DNA of 62,102 bases, filler included, from Asterionella formosa (Eukaryota), in assembly GCA_002256025.1 (NCBI GenBank). It is 19 parts of 19 records of this genome, joined end to end, with 100 filler letters (N's around TTAATTAATTAA, not from the genome) between each part and the next. Parts side by side here need not be neighbours in the genome. Positions count along the whole stretch, not along the records: positions 49,141 to 52,307 come from NKIB01014404.1; positions 52,408 to 55,572 come from NKIB01014405.1; positions 55,673 to 58,837 come from NKIB01014406.1; positions 58,938 to 62,102 come from NKIB01014407.1; 15 more parts are not named here. One strand, given 5' to 3'. The notes below the pieces were generated by a model that searched no databases, was not told where the DNA came from, and was given only the letters and a program-made list of their open reading frames with translations. Positions 49,478 through 62,044 of the stretch are shown piece by piece; position 1 is the first letter of the stretch; each line of letters opens with the position of its first letter. Position numbers and translations under genes: made by a program.

Positions 49478-50580
49478 TTGTCTCGGTCAAGCAAAAGGGA
49501 AGTCGATAGTAGTCCTTGGGATTTGGGTGGTGAATGGAAGTCATGGAATTGACCTTCATGGGAACTTCATCTCCACTTCGGAAGGTCTTACACTCTGCTT
49601 CCGAGAAGGAGTGAGAGGATGGTAGAGATCTTCTTCATGATGATTCTGTTCAGTGCGACAGTCAATGCAGTGTGTGTACCTTGTTTTACAACTTCAGGTC
49701 AATGACGGTAAACAGATCATGTTTCGCTGCTTTGCAAAAAGTGCGTTCCTCCTTTCCTTGTATGTACGAGGTTTTTCCAGTAGGAGTTTTAGATTAAATA
49801 TCAATATCAACTTTTCACCACATCCGTAGATTCTACAGGACGTTCTGGAAACGTCGACGAGGTCGGCACAGATTTAGTTTTAGTATTATTAGACGAGGGA
49901 AACAGAGGGATATGCACGAAGCGTGCATTGAAACCAAGGGAACGACAAACAAACTAGGAGCAAGCGAAATTTGAGGTGCTGGAGGCCGAGTTAGCAACCA
50001 CGGGAGCTAATTCTGTCTAGCCAAAAAATGAAAATGAGGTTCAATGGCTAGTAGTGAATGACAGTAAACCATGCAAGAGAAGGTCATGGAAGAGTCAAGC
50101 AATCAGCCAACAAACAACCATGTAAGGGGTTCAAGGCAGAAAGCTCACAATTCTTCAAATCAGCTTTCAGCAAAGCAACATTATTGAATCCAAGCCATGC
50201 AAAATTTATAGTCAATAGATAAAATTCACCCTCCCTACGTCCCACTCACAGCTAAAGTGCAAACTCGACTGCAGCTACTACGGGGACCCAGAGAGGGGAA
50301 ATGAATCATACCACATAAAACCGAAATCAAAACCCCCAACTACTATGCATCTAAAGATTAGTAACTATCAAAGAGAAGCAAGAGAAATATTTGCAGGAAA
50401 AGGCATTCGAACAAGCCGGTAATTGAGTCGAAGTAACTTTGCGTATGAAATAACTGCATGATGCCTGATGATTTACTTCTATGTATGATGCTGCATGAAC
50501 CTGTGTACATCATGGAATTTAAAAAATATAATTATACCATAAGCAGTCAGGGTTGACTTTTTGTTTTTAGGGGGCTCTTT

Positions 50581-51099
50581 TCATTTTAAATTGGGTTGCA
50601 ATTCATTCGAAAAGGTGCCAAGATTTGTCCCAGAAAATCGCTTCCTTAAAATGGGCGTGGAAGATATTGCAATAGAGACTGTACAAGAACTATGACAAGG
50701 GTCTTTTGAAGTTTTCAGTTGAGGAGACGACCAATCAGGGTGGTATTGACGTCTTGATGTTTGTTGTGCAGACGCTTCCATTTAGTCTATGGTCCTCCTC
50801 TGACGATTTAGATTCCTTGCTGCTGCTAAGAGGGTTTGAGTCAGATTCAGATTCCTGGCTGTCAGAAGGGTTTGATTCCACGATTGTTTTTCCCATTTTG
50901 CTCACAGCTTTTGCGTAATCCTTCCAGTATTCTGTGGCGTTTTAATCTTCCACTTCTTCAACCAAAGAAATCGATTCTGAGTGGAGCGGCGAACTGTGGA
51001 ATTCAGATATCCGTAGAGCTCTGGACGCAATTGACAGAGCTCCTGAAAGTTAAATGTACGTGTTTGAGTATCCTCGAGATCGACGAGCAGTTGATACAT
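50581..51099 (-). pseudogene. Frameshifted hypothetical ORF
   Basis: LLVDLE...ELCQLRPELYG...RRSTQNR followed by Ser/Pro-rich broken frames. Confidence 0.3.
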
Positions 51100-51519
51100 G
51101 TGACTGTAAGGTTAAGCCCGCGTCCTGTTCGAAGTTTTTCTGAATGCTCATGCGTATATATCAATGCATCCGTAAACTTAGATCCTTTTCACTATTTAAT
51201 ACTATCATGCATATTAACGATCTGCTTTTACTGTATACATTTAAAGTCGAATATATATATTAGCTTATATAATTATGATTAGTCAATCCTTTTTCTATGA
51301 TGTATAGTTGATAACACTTGTGTACATATTTTATCGTATTTTAATATAATTGTATTATTTTCACATGATAATATTTTGATTTGAAATATATCATGAACAT
51401 TTTATTAAATCATCAAAGTTCTATGATCAATGTATCATAGCTATGTGATAAACAGTATTCAGCATGGATCAGTGTGAGAAATTACAACTTGAATTTTTAA
51501 TTTTTTGTTCCGTCCCAGC

Positions 51520-52307
51520 TGCATTGGTTTTTGGTGACAATGTTTTATTGTCTGGAAATATCAGTTCAAATTGGCCTCAGATGACAAAACTACGTAAATT
51601 AAAAAACATTAAAGGGTACTAATGGTGGCAAAAGAATCCAGCATATCATTGACTTTTCATATTTTGTACACACTTAATGATTTCAGGACATTTGAACTTT
51701 GGACATGGAGATCATCAAATTCGAAATGGAAAAGATCTGATTGGAAATTTTCCAACTGAGCTAGGACTCTTGTCAAGCTTAACATTCTTATCATTGTTGG
51801 GTCCTAATCGGTTAAATCGGTTAACTGGTAAACTCCCCACCGACTTTGGTCTCTTGACACTTTGGTCTCTTGACAAATCTCTTTTCTCTATCTTTGTCCA
51901 ACAATAAATTCACTGGAACAGTCCACTTCCAACAGAGATTTGGAACTTGACAAGTCTCACTATTCTCGTTTTGTCTGACAATACTTTCACTGGCACACTT
52001 CCCACAGAGATTGGACTCTTGATAAGTCTCAATTATCTATATTTGTATGACAATACTTTCACTGTCACACTTCCCACAGAGATTGGATTCTTGACAAGTC
52101 TCGAATATCTAGTTTTGAATGACAATACTTTCACTGGCACACCTCCCACAGAGATTGGACTCTTGACAAGTCTCAGCAATTATCTAAGTTTGACCTCAAA
52201 TACTTTCAATGGCACACTTCCCACAGAGATTGGATTCTTGACAAGTCTCAATTATCTATATTTGTATGACAATACTTTCAATGGCACACTTCCCACAGAG
52301 ATTGGAG
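51520..52307 (+). pseudogene. Plant-type (24-aa) LRR gene fragment with 72-bp tandem repeats; 5' part frameshifted
   Basis: LTSLxxLxLxDNTFTGTLPTEIG repeats; acagagattgga at 52004, 52076, 52148, 52223 and 52295. Frame breaks at about 51860-51945. Confidence 0.8.
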
Positions 52308-52899
52308 NNNNNNNNNNNNNNNNNNNNNNNNNNNNNNNNNNNNNNNNNNNNTTAATTAATTAANNNNNNNNNNNNNNNNNNNNNNNNNNNNNNNNNNNNN
52401 NNNNNNNAGTTTTGAAAACTGCCTACTTTTTCGGGAGTTGGTGTAGGATCATCTGTGAAGCTGCTCACATCATTTGTTCTTTATTTAGGTTCCCTCACAA
52501 CATTTACTTGGCTCCAAGCCGGTTTTGATGTCTGCTGTCCTTTCAGAGAATCGAATAGCTCCTTTGCATAGTGCAGGGTGCAAAGCAGAGATTGAATGGT
52601 TGGCCGGAGTTTTTTAAAATAAGAATTTGGGACGGATAATTGAGCCAAACTAGAGAAATATTTTTCCTCACTCTTACTTTACCCATTTTAGATCGCATTG
52701 TAGTAAGGTGCATGTTTCTGGTGTATTCAGTTTTCTTGTGTTTGCATAGAACCAATTATTCGTTTGTCTTGTTCAGAGAGCAGTGGGGGCATAGTAAGGA
52801 GGCGAGTCACCAGAGTGAATCAACTTTCTGAGGTCATCAGTGGCTGGGGAGTCAACCATGAATGTACTTTGTTATGGTTATCTATTGTTTTGTGTTTAT

Positions 52900-53600
52900 G
52901 AATTGAAGGCCATAGATAATTCTTACTAGTCAATGTCGTTGCAACTTTTTGCGCATAAATTTTGTTTGGCTTGAAAGAATACTTGGTACTTAGTGCCTTT
53001 GATGTGCTCCAGAATTTCCCTACCGCTGAAACTATGGATCCTGGAGCTTTTCACCACTAGGCGTGACTGCATCCTTGGAAAGTGCACTGAATTGCCTCTT
53101 CGTCCTCCTTTCGCTGTGGTCGGAAATTGTCTCAGAAATTCCAAGGCCAGCTCATTGTCTTTATCATTCAGATGAGCCGCCACAATTGATAGTCTTTGCT
53201 GACCAGAGATTCTTCCTGGTGCGAATTTTTACTCATTGTATTTGCCCTCTGCAGCGGAGTTTGCTAATCCAGTGGGCTAGGAACAACATTGTGTCTGCAT
53301 TGGCTCGTGGCCTCGCTACCTGGGTGTAGTGTCCACAAGGGGTAATCCAATCTCGCCAGAGCTGCAGTGCTATCACTCCAGATGATCAGTTGTGACTTCA
53401 TGTCAACCTCGTGGAATGTTATAAATTCCTGGAGTAATCCGGAGAGCTGAGTTGTTGAGTTGTTTAAATGAGGAGCTCTGTCCTCCACTGGTCCCAAGCC
53501 CATAGCAATGAGAGGTGTGATCTTGGTGCAATCGCCCTTTGCCTGGATACATCAACCAAATGACCATCTAGAATCTGATTCCATTGATCCATGCAAACGA
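52900..53600 (-). mobile_element. Decayed RNase H of an Ambal-like non-LTR element
   Basis: GLGPVE...NST.QLSG, LIIWSDSTAALARL, (W)VK.HQ, LNDKDNELA. Confidence 0.65.
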
Positions 53601-54376
53601 ATGACAGTATATGCATGGTAAGCAATGCTTTTTATGCTTCTAAAATTTGTTCTTTCTATAGTGCTGGGAGATCAAGTTTTTTTGAGATTGTTATTCATCT
53701 GAATTAAAAATAGATGAATATTTGAATGTGGAACCAGAATGTGAATGGAATCCAGTATACTATTTAATGTTAATGAGAGAGCAGAAAAAACTGGAAACAT
53801 TATTCAAAAAGATCCTTGAAGATTTGGTTGAGACTGTTCCATGCTTTCAACAGAAGAAGGATGCTTTGGGTTGGGTTGGTTTTTCGCGGAATCAAAAGAA
53901 GTTAACCTCAGTGCTTTGAATGTTTGCTTTTGGAACTTTGGCAGATCAGCTGCTGGACGAACTCACAAGAATGACCAAATCTACCACACTCCAGGACATG
54001 TAATGACTCACAACTGCAATTGGCTTGGTATTTGGTCAATGCATTGGGGATGCTGTAACTCTCTCGTCTCTCTCTCTCTAATATAACTAATATTATATGG
54101 CGTACAAATGAGCATCATCTAGGGAATGAATTCTATGGACATGTGATATGGTCATATTTTTTCACACAATCAGTCGTAATAATACTAAGATACCAGTTGC
54201 AAGTTATGTCAAAACAGATACTATTTAACCCTGTTTTTCTATGTAATTGTAGAAGCCGTCTTTTACCGCAAAACCATTGGTGGTACACCCTTCCTATGTA
54301 CCAAATTACGGTACCGTACCAGTTGTAGTTGTATGGTTGTCTGGATGACGATTTGAACTCCCGGTACCAGTAAAGA

Positions 54377-54581
54377 ACTGCTGTGACCCACTGAGTTCTC
54401 CTATTCGTTTGATTAGTTTGACTAAACCTATTCCATGCCTTACGAGAATCAAACTTCCAGGTCTTGTTAACCAAAGGAGTCAGCAGGTTGCGGATCAGTC
54501 GGTATTCTCATTGAAGGTCGAGGTACTGAGATACGAACCATTTTATGTGGACAAAATTTGCTGGTAATGGGTCACAGCAGT
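54377..54581. repeat. 14-bp perfect inverted repeat (TIR-like)
   Basis: actgctgtgaccca at 54377-54390 and tgggtcacagcagt at 54568-54581; the right copy ends ...cagcag|TA. Confidence 0.75.
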
Positions 54582-54725
54582 ACTTAAAATTTTATCTATA
54601 ATTGTATATAATTTTTTATACCATTATGATCACGGATTACCCTGTTTGGTTTTCGCAAAATTATTTTTAAGAATTTCCGCATCCAATATTTATATCACGA
54701 TCACACACAAATGCATTGAGCCACA

Positions 54726-55572
54726 TTAAATGCTTGTGCCTATCAACACCACTGCAATATCGCCCTCATCCCTACTAAGCTCCTGCCCTCCCACAAGCAC
54801 AACATCAAGAGGCCGAATTGGATATGGAGAATGCTTTTCTCCACGGCAACAAGTCTCCAAGTATCTTGCCAACAAGTTCTGTCTGGTTATTGGAAGCGGC
54901 GCATCGCCATTGCGCTTGTACCATGTCACCATTGTTTTCAGTTCAGCTACGTTGTAGCTTCCAGCTTCCTTTCCAGTCTCTCTGATGGCCTGTACCTTCT
55001 GTGACAATTCAAAAAACAGTTGATTCAATTTCTGCTCCTTGTTTTGTTCCTGGATTTCATGCCGGCGTTTGATTTCCAGCATATGCTCAAAAAGCGGTGG
55101 TCCTAGACAAGTGTTTCCAACAGCAAAGTGCAGTCCTGCGGTCATTCGTTTGTGTGTGTCGATTGCTGCTTGTGCTGTTTGTTTTCTTTTCCTGGCATGT
55201 TCTGCTGCATCATTACCATTTCGCACATCTTCTCTGTTTATGTATTCAACGATTTGATTTGTAAGAGTTCCTGAAAGTCCTTCTCGCAGGTTGAGCTGGT
55301 CAGGTGTAATAGAGGTTCTGTTGCTGTGTGAGATTCTATTCAATGGGACAACACCAAATTTTGTCAGCTGTATTTCAGGATTCAACAAACAATTATAGTT
55401 CAAAGGTCCCCAGCCTCGCTCTGCTACCGCTTTTTTGTTTGTGCGTAATCTCGCAAAACTTTTTTCCCAAGCATGTGCAACAATTCCAACTACATCTGTC
55501 TTCTCAATTGCAAATGGAAGATGGTACAAAGCCTTCTTGGTGAGTAAGTCTCTCTTTGCTTGTGTGAGGTGC
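54726..55572 (-). mobile_element. pogo/DDE_1-like transposase, C-terminal part
   Basis: DVVGIVAHAWEKSF...NKKAVAERGWGPLN post-catalytic motif, coiled coil and SAP/LEM-like tail; open to the contig edge. Confidence 0.65.
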
Positions 55573-55679
55573 NNNNNNNNNNNNNNNNNNNNNNNNNNNN
55601 NNNNNNNNNNNNNNNNTTAATTAATTAANNNNNNNNNNNNNNNNNNNNNNNNNNNNNNNNNNNNNNNNNNNNATGCATA

Positions 55680-58026
55680 GTGCAACAACTGTGATTGAAA
55701 CCTGGATTTCAGGAATATTGACCTGGATTTCAGGGATAAAGCGTTGAGCAGAATCAGCAATTTTTTGATCAGGATTTAAATAAAGCAAATAGATCTTTTT
55801 AAATGCTGCACCTCAATTAGCATCAACACACATTGCTCTAAAATTTTCTAAGACATCATGGTGATCAGAAGTATGTACCTGAACACCGCACACCTTTTTG
55901 CCACATTTCCAGATCAGATCAATGGCAGGAAAAATGGAGTTTCGGGGTACATACATTCCATCTTTTACCATGACTTCAGGCAATGTGTTGCAGCAAAAGG
56001 TTTCAATGAGATTGCATTCCTTCAAAAGAAATCCCTCCCAAGTAACATCTGCATTGAGTGAGCAGCGACTGATCACAAGGAGTTCAAAAATCTGACCACA
56101 AGCACTATTTGTCACGCCATTGTTGCCACCAATCTCCTAAAGTAATTCCTCATGCACCTTGAACTGTAACGGTACCAGGTAGTACTAAGTGTATTCATAA
56201 GCAGTTCATAATGGTCTCTAGACTCTAGATTAGGTCCTTAGCACTACATGTACATGACCCCTAGAAGACAAACTCCCCTCATATTCCAAAAGTAATGTCG
56301 ATAGGCTAATATCACCACAGGATACAAAGACTTATACTCATAAGCCTCAGTCCCCTTACCAGGAATTGAATATTTCCTGTCATATTCTATTTCATCTCCT
56401 GTAGTTGACAAAACACAAGCAACAGCAGATGTTGTGTTACGATTCAATTTCGTTTTCGATTTTGTATCTTTCAAATTTTCATGAGAGCCTCTTCATAATC
56501 ATTGATAGAAAAGTTTGATGAAATCTATTTCTTCACATGCCAGGGACCCCACCAGTCACCTTTAATATTTCTTGCCGTCACTTCGTTTTGCCACTTCCTC
56601 AAAGGCGAGCTTAATTTCTGCCAAATTCATTTTGCAGGGGTGATCATACTCCACAAACCCTCGATACCTTTCCCTGAAGGCAATCTCGTTGTTTGCGGAA
56701 GCTGAAATGATGGAGACAATGCGGCTTCCCTTCAATATACTGTCGATTACACTAAAAGGAAAGGGAAGCGTACCCAGATCAACATATTTGTTTAGCTCTG
56801 GTCGAGCAAACAATCTGTTGATCTGATCGAAAACTAGGACCCATTTCTTGTTCATATGTTGAAGAATCAAGTCAATGGCATTGACAAAAGTATTGAGATT
56901 TCTCATTTTTTCGTCCTTGTCTGAGCCTACCTTCCACTTGAGAGCCGGTAAGGAAGTACCATATGATCTACAGATTGCAGTGTACAACTCGTCCACACCC
57001 TTCCATTGTTGACAGTCTGGAATGAAAGTTACGAGGTACCGACAGCTGTTGTTATATTGCAGCGTACGAACCAAGTTGACAAGTGAGTGCGACTTGCCAA
57101 TTCCATGCGGTCCTTTGATCATGATTCCAGTCCGACGCCTTTTCTTGAAGGCATTTTCAACCACTTTCATCATTTCCTCTACAATTTTAGGGCGATATAA
57201 GATTCCCCTACTTTCGCAGTCGTCGAACCGCACCTGTTGGACATTATCAATCCAGTAACTATCAGTTGGGGAAAAAGCTGATAAAGTAGGATCATTAGGA
57301 GTTAAAGTAGGAACAGAAGGAGGTAAAGTAGGAATAGAAGGAACCTCTTTCGGATCTATCATGTAGATATGCATTGTCCTTGGAATGCTTCGCACTTGCT
57401 GATCCGCCTGCAAGCGCTTAAAATGAACGTTGAGCTTCTCCTCTATAAGCAATATTAAGGACGAGGCTTCCTCCTGGTCATAATCTTGATTCCGCTCCTT
57501 GTTCAAGTCATCAAATTGAAGTTTGAGCCTCTCGTCTATAACCTTTATTAAGGAGGCTTCCTTCTGCTCATCATTTTGTTTCTGGCGTTTCGTCGTTCCT
57601 TGGTCTTTTCAACAGTAGCGAGTATTTTTATGGGATAAATGATACGAAATGATACGTGAGTATTAGGAGCTGTGACCTACAATACAATAGAAGGTATTCC
57701 ATGAGATCAAAACACGTACCAATATCAGGTTGGATGACCACGATCAGGATCACGATCACGAACGCATTCTTGCTGCTAGTTCCCCAATTCAGATGAACAA
57801 CCAGACCTCCAGGATCCAAGGTTGGATCATCAGCTCCCTCAGGAACCGGCACTTGAGTTCCAGGTGGGCACACACGGAGCTGCGCTGATGAAACACCTTG
57901 AAGATCGTCACCACATTTAATCTTTACAGCTTTCATCAAGTCAGCAATGACATCATTCTTCTTCAACGTGACATAAACTGGCAATAGTCCTGCGTTTCCA
58001 CGGAACAACTGGAACCAAACCTTCAT
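55680..58026 (-). pseudogene. Crinkler/RHS-type protein: Ubl-like header + P-loop NTPase + PD-(D/E)xK REase; intron 57605-57719, disrupted
   Basis: Header MKVWFQL...IADLMKAVKIK..DLQGVSSAQLRV; Walker A GPHGIGKS; Walker B WVLVFDQIN; TGGVP out of frame; YVPRNSIFPAIDLI..CGVQVH. Frameshift near 56575, insertion and stop near 56140-56281. Confidence 0.78.
56155..56281 (+). repeat. ~125-bp direct repeat; second copy at 58573-58696
   Basis: caccttg..ctgtaacggtaccaggtagt...aactcccctca is nearly identical in both copies. Confidence 0.95.
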
Positions 58027-59929
58027 TGTTTTCTAACTGATGGTGGTGGGTACCTGGTTGGGAGTACAAGACAATGGAAGTGAGAGGAAAGGAGAGGAGA
58101 GAAGAGGAGGAGAACCTTCTGTCAATCATTCAGCAAGAGTGAGGAATGTTGTGAATGTACCATCATGAAACAGGTTCCAGTACCTGGTACCAGGTACCGG
58201 CACATGCTTTCTTTTGCTGTCATGGTACTTTTGTCAACCTTGTTTTCTACATACAGGATCTTGTATAGATATATATTTATAGTCATATGGAATACAACTT
58301 CGTCTTGCGATCCAGCATTCTACTGCGTGGCGGGTATGATTGTACACCCTGGGAGTTCCGGGAAAGTCCGAATTTTGCGAATATTTGTCCGCATGTGTAT
58401 ATACAAACATATATTAATTATACAACATTGGATGTGAACCATTCACAAAAATATGCACAGGTCCGAGTACCGGTATGTCATACTCGTACCGGTAGGAGTA
58501 TACCGGTCGTAGTATACTGGACGAAGTTAATTTTCAATGTTCTCTCATACATAGATTGCGGACAGCATAGTACACCTTGTCCTGTAACGGTACCAGGTAG
58601 TAAGTGTATTCATAAGCAGTTCATAATGGTCTCTAGACTCTAGATTAGGTCCTTAGCACTACATGTACATGACCCCTAGAAGACGAACTCCCCTCACCCC
58701 ACATACTGCAAAAACTACCTTCTTCACAACCTTTTCGAGGCCGTTGCAGAGACTTGGCTGAGACAGGGTATACTGCTTTTGCATGATATACTAGTGTAAC
58801 AACTGTGATTTGTTGTCCCTGTGTTTTAGGAATACTANNNNNNNNNNNNNNNNNNNNNNNNNNNNNNNNNNNNNNNNNNNNTTAATTAATTAANNNNNNN
58901 NNNNNNNNNNNNNNNNNNNNNNNNNNNNNNNNNNNNNGTGATCACATAATATAGTGATGATCAGGAATGCATGCATGATACTTTGATCAAATATTTAACG
59001 TGATGTATTCAGATAATATATAGATATATTCAACTACGTATTTTGATGTATTCAACTAATTCATGTGATGCATTCAAAATCAACTAGGCTTATTTATGTG
59101 ATGGTCACTTCACGTAATACGCGGCTTAGATGTAAAACCGAATACCAAAGCCAATCATTGCAGTTGAAAGTATCAAAGCACATCACTTGGTTGAGGATTT
59201 TTTATCGACAAAATCCTAAAATAGTCAAATCTCGCGCCCAAATTTTAGGGAATGGGAATAGCAGTAGAGTGCAGTTACATGTGTATCGCCGTAAAATGAT
59301 GTCTTACCAGTATAATTGACATGTTGGGTATACTTCACATTTTCGTGCAGCAATAGCGGCCAATTAATTACCGCTTCTACCGCTTTGGTAAAATGCGGCA
59401 AGAAAACGAGAAGGCAAAGCAGTTGAGACATAGGGGAGGAGCATCGAAGGTGGGAAAGTTGGCTAATGAAGGGGGTAAAAAATTAGCATCCGCCTTTCCT
59501 GTAAATTCCTGATTCTTACCCAGCTAGGCAGTACTACGCCTATCTGGTGCTACTATCAATCAAAAATGACTATGACTATGTATTTGTGTATTGGTATTCT
59601 AGAATTGGATAAACTCTCTTCTGTTTTCCTAATTTGGTTTAAGTTAGGGAGATAGCTTAAAAATTGCTCATACTAGCATTGGGACGATGTTATCTTTATT
59701 ATTTGCCAGCGTTTCAGAATCATATACTACATCAAAATGATCAGTGCTTGTGGATGACAGGTACTGCATCAAGTACTCTACTGTGGCATCATGTCCATGA
59801 GCTGCAGCAGCAATAATCAATGCATTGAAGCCGGTCTTGGAGAATGCATTGGCCTAGTACTTCTTTGTGCGTTGGTTCTTCTATTTGAATAGTATGGCTT
59901 CCTTGTTGCAACTGTTGTAAGTACCATGA

Positions 59930-60152
59930 CGCCAGCTTCCATCCATCCAGTAATACCATCCTTGTCAGCTGCATTCTTGATATCTGCCCTCTACTTTTGC
60001 ACAAAGCTGACTATTTCCAAGAATCCGAAAGAGGCGGCTGGAGCGAAGGCATTTAGTTTGTCCTGGTCTCTAACAATGACATCTTTTCCTCCTTTGAGAA
60101 GGGCTTGAATCGCTTTCTTGCCTCTGTCACTTGCAGCTCCAATAAATCTGGC
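59930..60152 (-). pseudogene. Ankyrin-repeat gene fragment
   Basis: IQALLKGGKDVIVRDQDKLNAFAPAASFGFLEIVSFVQK*RADIKNAADKDGITGWMEA. Confidence 0.7.
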
Positions 60153-60167
60153 ATCAGGCGATGACTG

Positions 60168-60190
60168 TTAGGGTTAGGGTTAGGGTTAGG
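60168..60190 (+). repeat. Interstitial telomeric repeat (TTAGGG)3 + TTAGG
   Basis: Read directly from the sequence. Confidence 0.9.
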
Positions 60191-61145
60191 CAAAAATTTT
60201 GCAAGCCAATGCAAACTGACTTTTTGTCACTGTCACACAGTGTCAACTTGACTTCTTTGCTGACTTGGATCAAACAAGTATGACAATCTGGAGTCAAGAT
60301 GTAACCACCATGTTCACTATCACCCAAAATATTCCAGTCCTTGGTGACACAGTGTGAGAACTTGGGAATGAAAGTTTGAGTTGGCAAAGTCTTGTCCATG
60401 TTGCAACTCTTGCATGAATTCTTAGCCAAGAAGCCACCTAGCAATCATTTCTGTCAAGGAAAGGTCAACCATCAAGGACCTGAAGGACAACAAAGGACCT
60501 GAATGACTGTGCTGAACACATGCATTCAGCAAGAAAAATGTTTTGATGTAATGATCGTATATTATATAGCTGCCGGCATCATTCAAAGTTATTTAATTAT
60601 ATATTATTATTTGTCTACATTAATGATGAGTAGGGTATATGTATTGTAATTATGTATGCACTCATTTAACCATACTAAATGTTATGATTCCAGTGCAAGC
60701 AACAATCTAAACCAATAGAAATGCTTCTTTTCTTTGTGGCTACAGTCAGAGTCTAATTGACCAAATAACCAATATTTGGTTGATAAGGGGGAAAAAATTT
60801 TGCTTTTTGACCATAACAATGCATCTTGACATGTAATGGCCCACAACTTCAATTAGCTTGGTATTTGGTTGATGCAGTGGAGATGCTCTAAGCACCAGCC
60901 TGATTCCATTCTTTGAAATAATTTTCTGTGCAAGGTATTATAAATTAGGGAAAATGGTACTACATGTAATACCAGTACCAGAGCTAAGGATGTAAAACAT
61001 GAAATTGCAGCACTTCACGAGCATCACTTGATGGGTGAGCTTTCTTCACCATCATACAATTATGTCTCATTTGATTGGTGTGATCATGGTACCAGGTACT
61101 CCCTCCATAAGAATCTGAAATTGTAAGCACATGGAAATTCCGTTA

Positions 61146-62044
61146 TCACCACTCACTTGATCCATCATTAACAAGAGCATTTTCAGAATCAATGATTTCT
61201 TTTTTCTTGCGTTTGCAGTGCTTGAAGATACCATTGACAAAAAAGTATTCCCAAATCATAACTGAAACAAGGTTGGCAAACATGATCCCAGCAATTGTCC
61301 AGCGGAAGTCAAGCGGCATAACTGTTGTAGCATACGGATTCTGAATTGGTAACAAGTCATTCTTTCCAGACGTAACTTGACGAACCACATCATCATTCAC
61401 ACAGTTGACCCGGAAGAGACAAGACAGACTGCCTGGGACAAGTGCAATATAAAATTGCATGAACGTAAAACTTATGGAAAGTATGGCAAAACGCCAGTTC
61501 ATAAACCATGAAGCTCGATGCTCATAACCAAAATTGTATGCCATGGCAGAGCTTATGTATTGCAGCCCTGAGACAAGAAACAACACTGAGGACTCATAAT
61601 TGTCACCAATCACAAGCACACTAGAGATGTCGCTGCTTCCCCTGCAGCAAAAACATTGACAAGTAAATAGGGGTAAGATACATTGTGTATTTCACAACAG
61701 AAACCTGTACATATCCAAAACGTAAGCAAGACACGAAATGAACGTACCACCGGCGGCACTGGTACCAGTCCTGGTGCAGCAAAGTCGATAATGCAATCAC
61801 AACGAATATAAAATTGATGGCCAATACTCCACATGCACTAGACATTGTGTGCGGTCCGAAGAGGGAGGACGTTGGTCGAGTCTTTGCCAGCGTCGTCGCG
61901 GCGTGTGCAAGGGGAAGCGTAAAGGCCATTGAAAGAGCCCATATTCCGTCCATGAAAACCCAATTCCATTCGGCGAATGTTATGTTAAACCAAGCATTGG
62001 CGACTTGGTTGATTACCTCCACTTGCCCGTACATCACCATATAC
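61146..62044 (-). CDS. P5-type ATPase (ATP13A-like), C-terminal membrane region; intron 61642-61747
   Basis: YMVMYG, LAKTRPTSSLFG, NYESSVLFLVSGLQYISSAMAYNFGYEHR, MPLDFRWTI. Confidence 0.85.

Noticed and set aside
3182..58937. TTAATTAATTAA recurring every ~3.27 kb, and ORFs ending in X...LIN
   Set aside because: Artificial linker; ORF parts running into it are artefacts.
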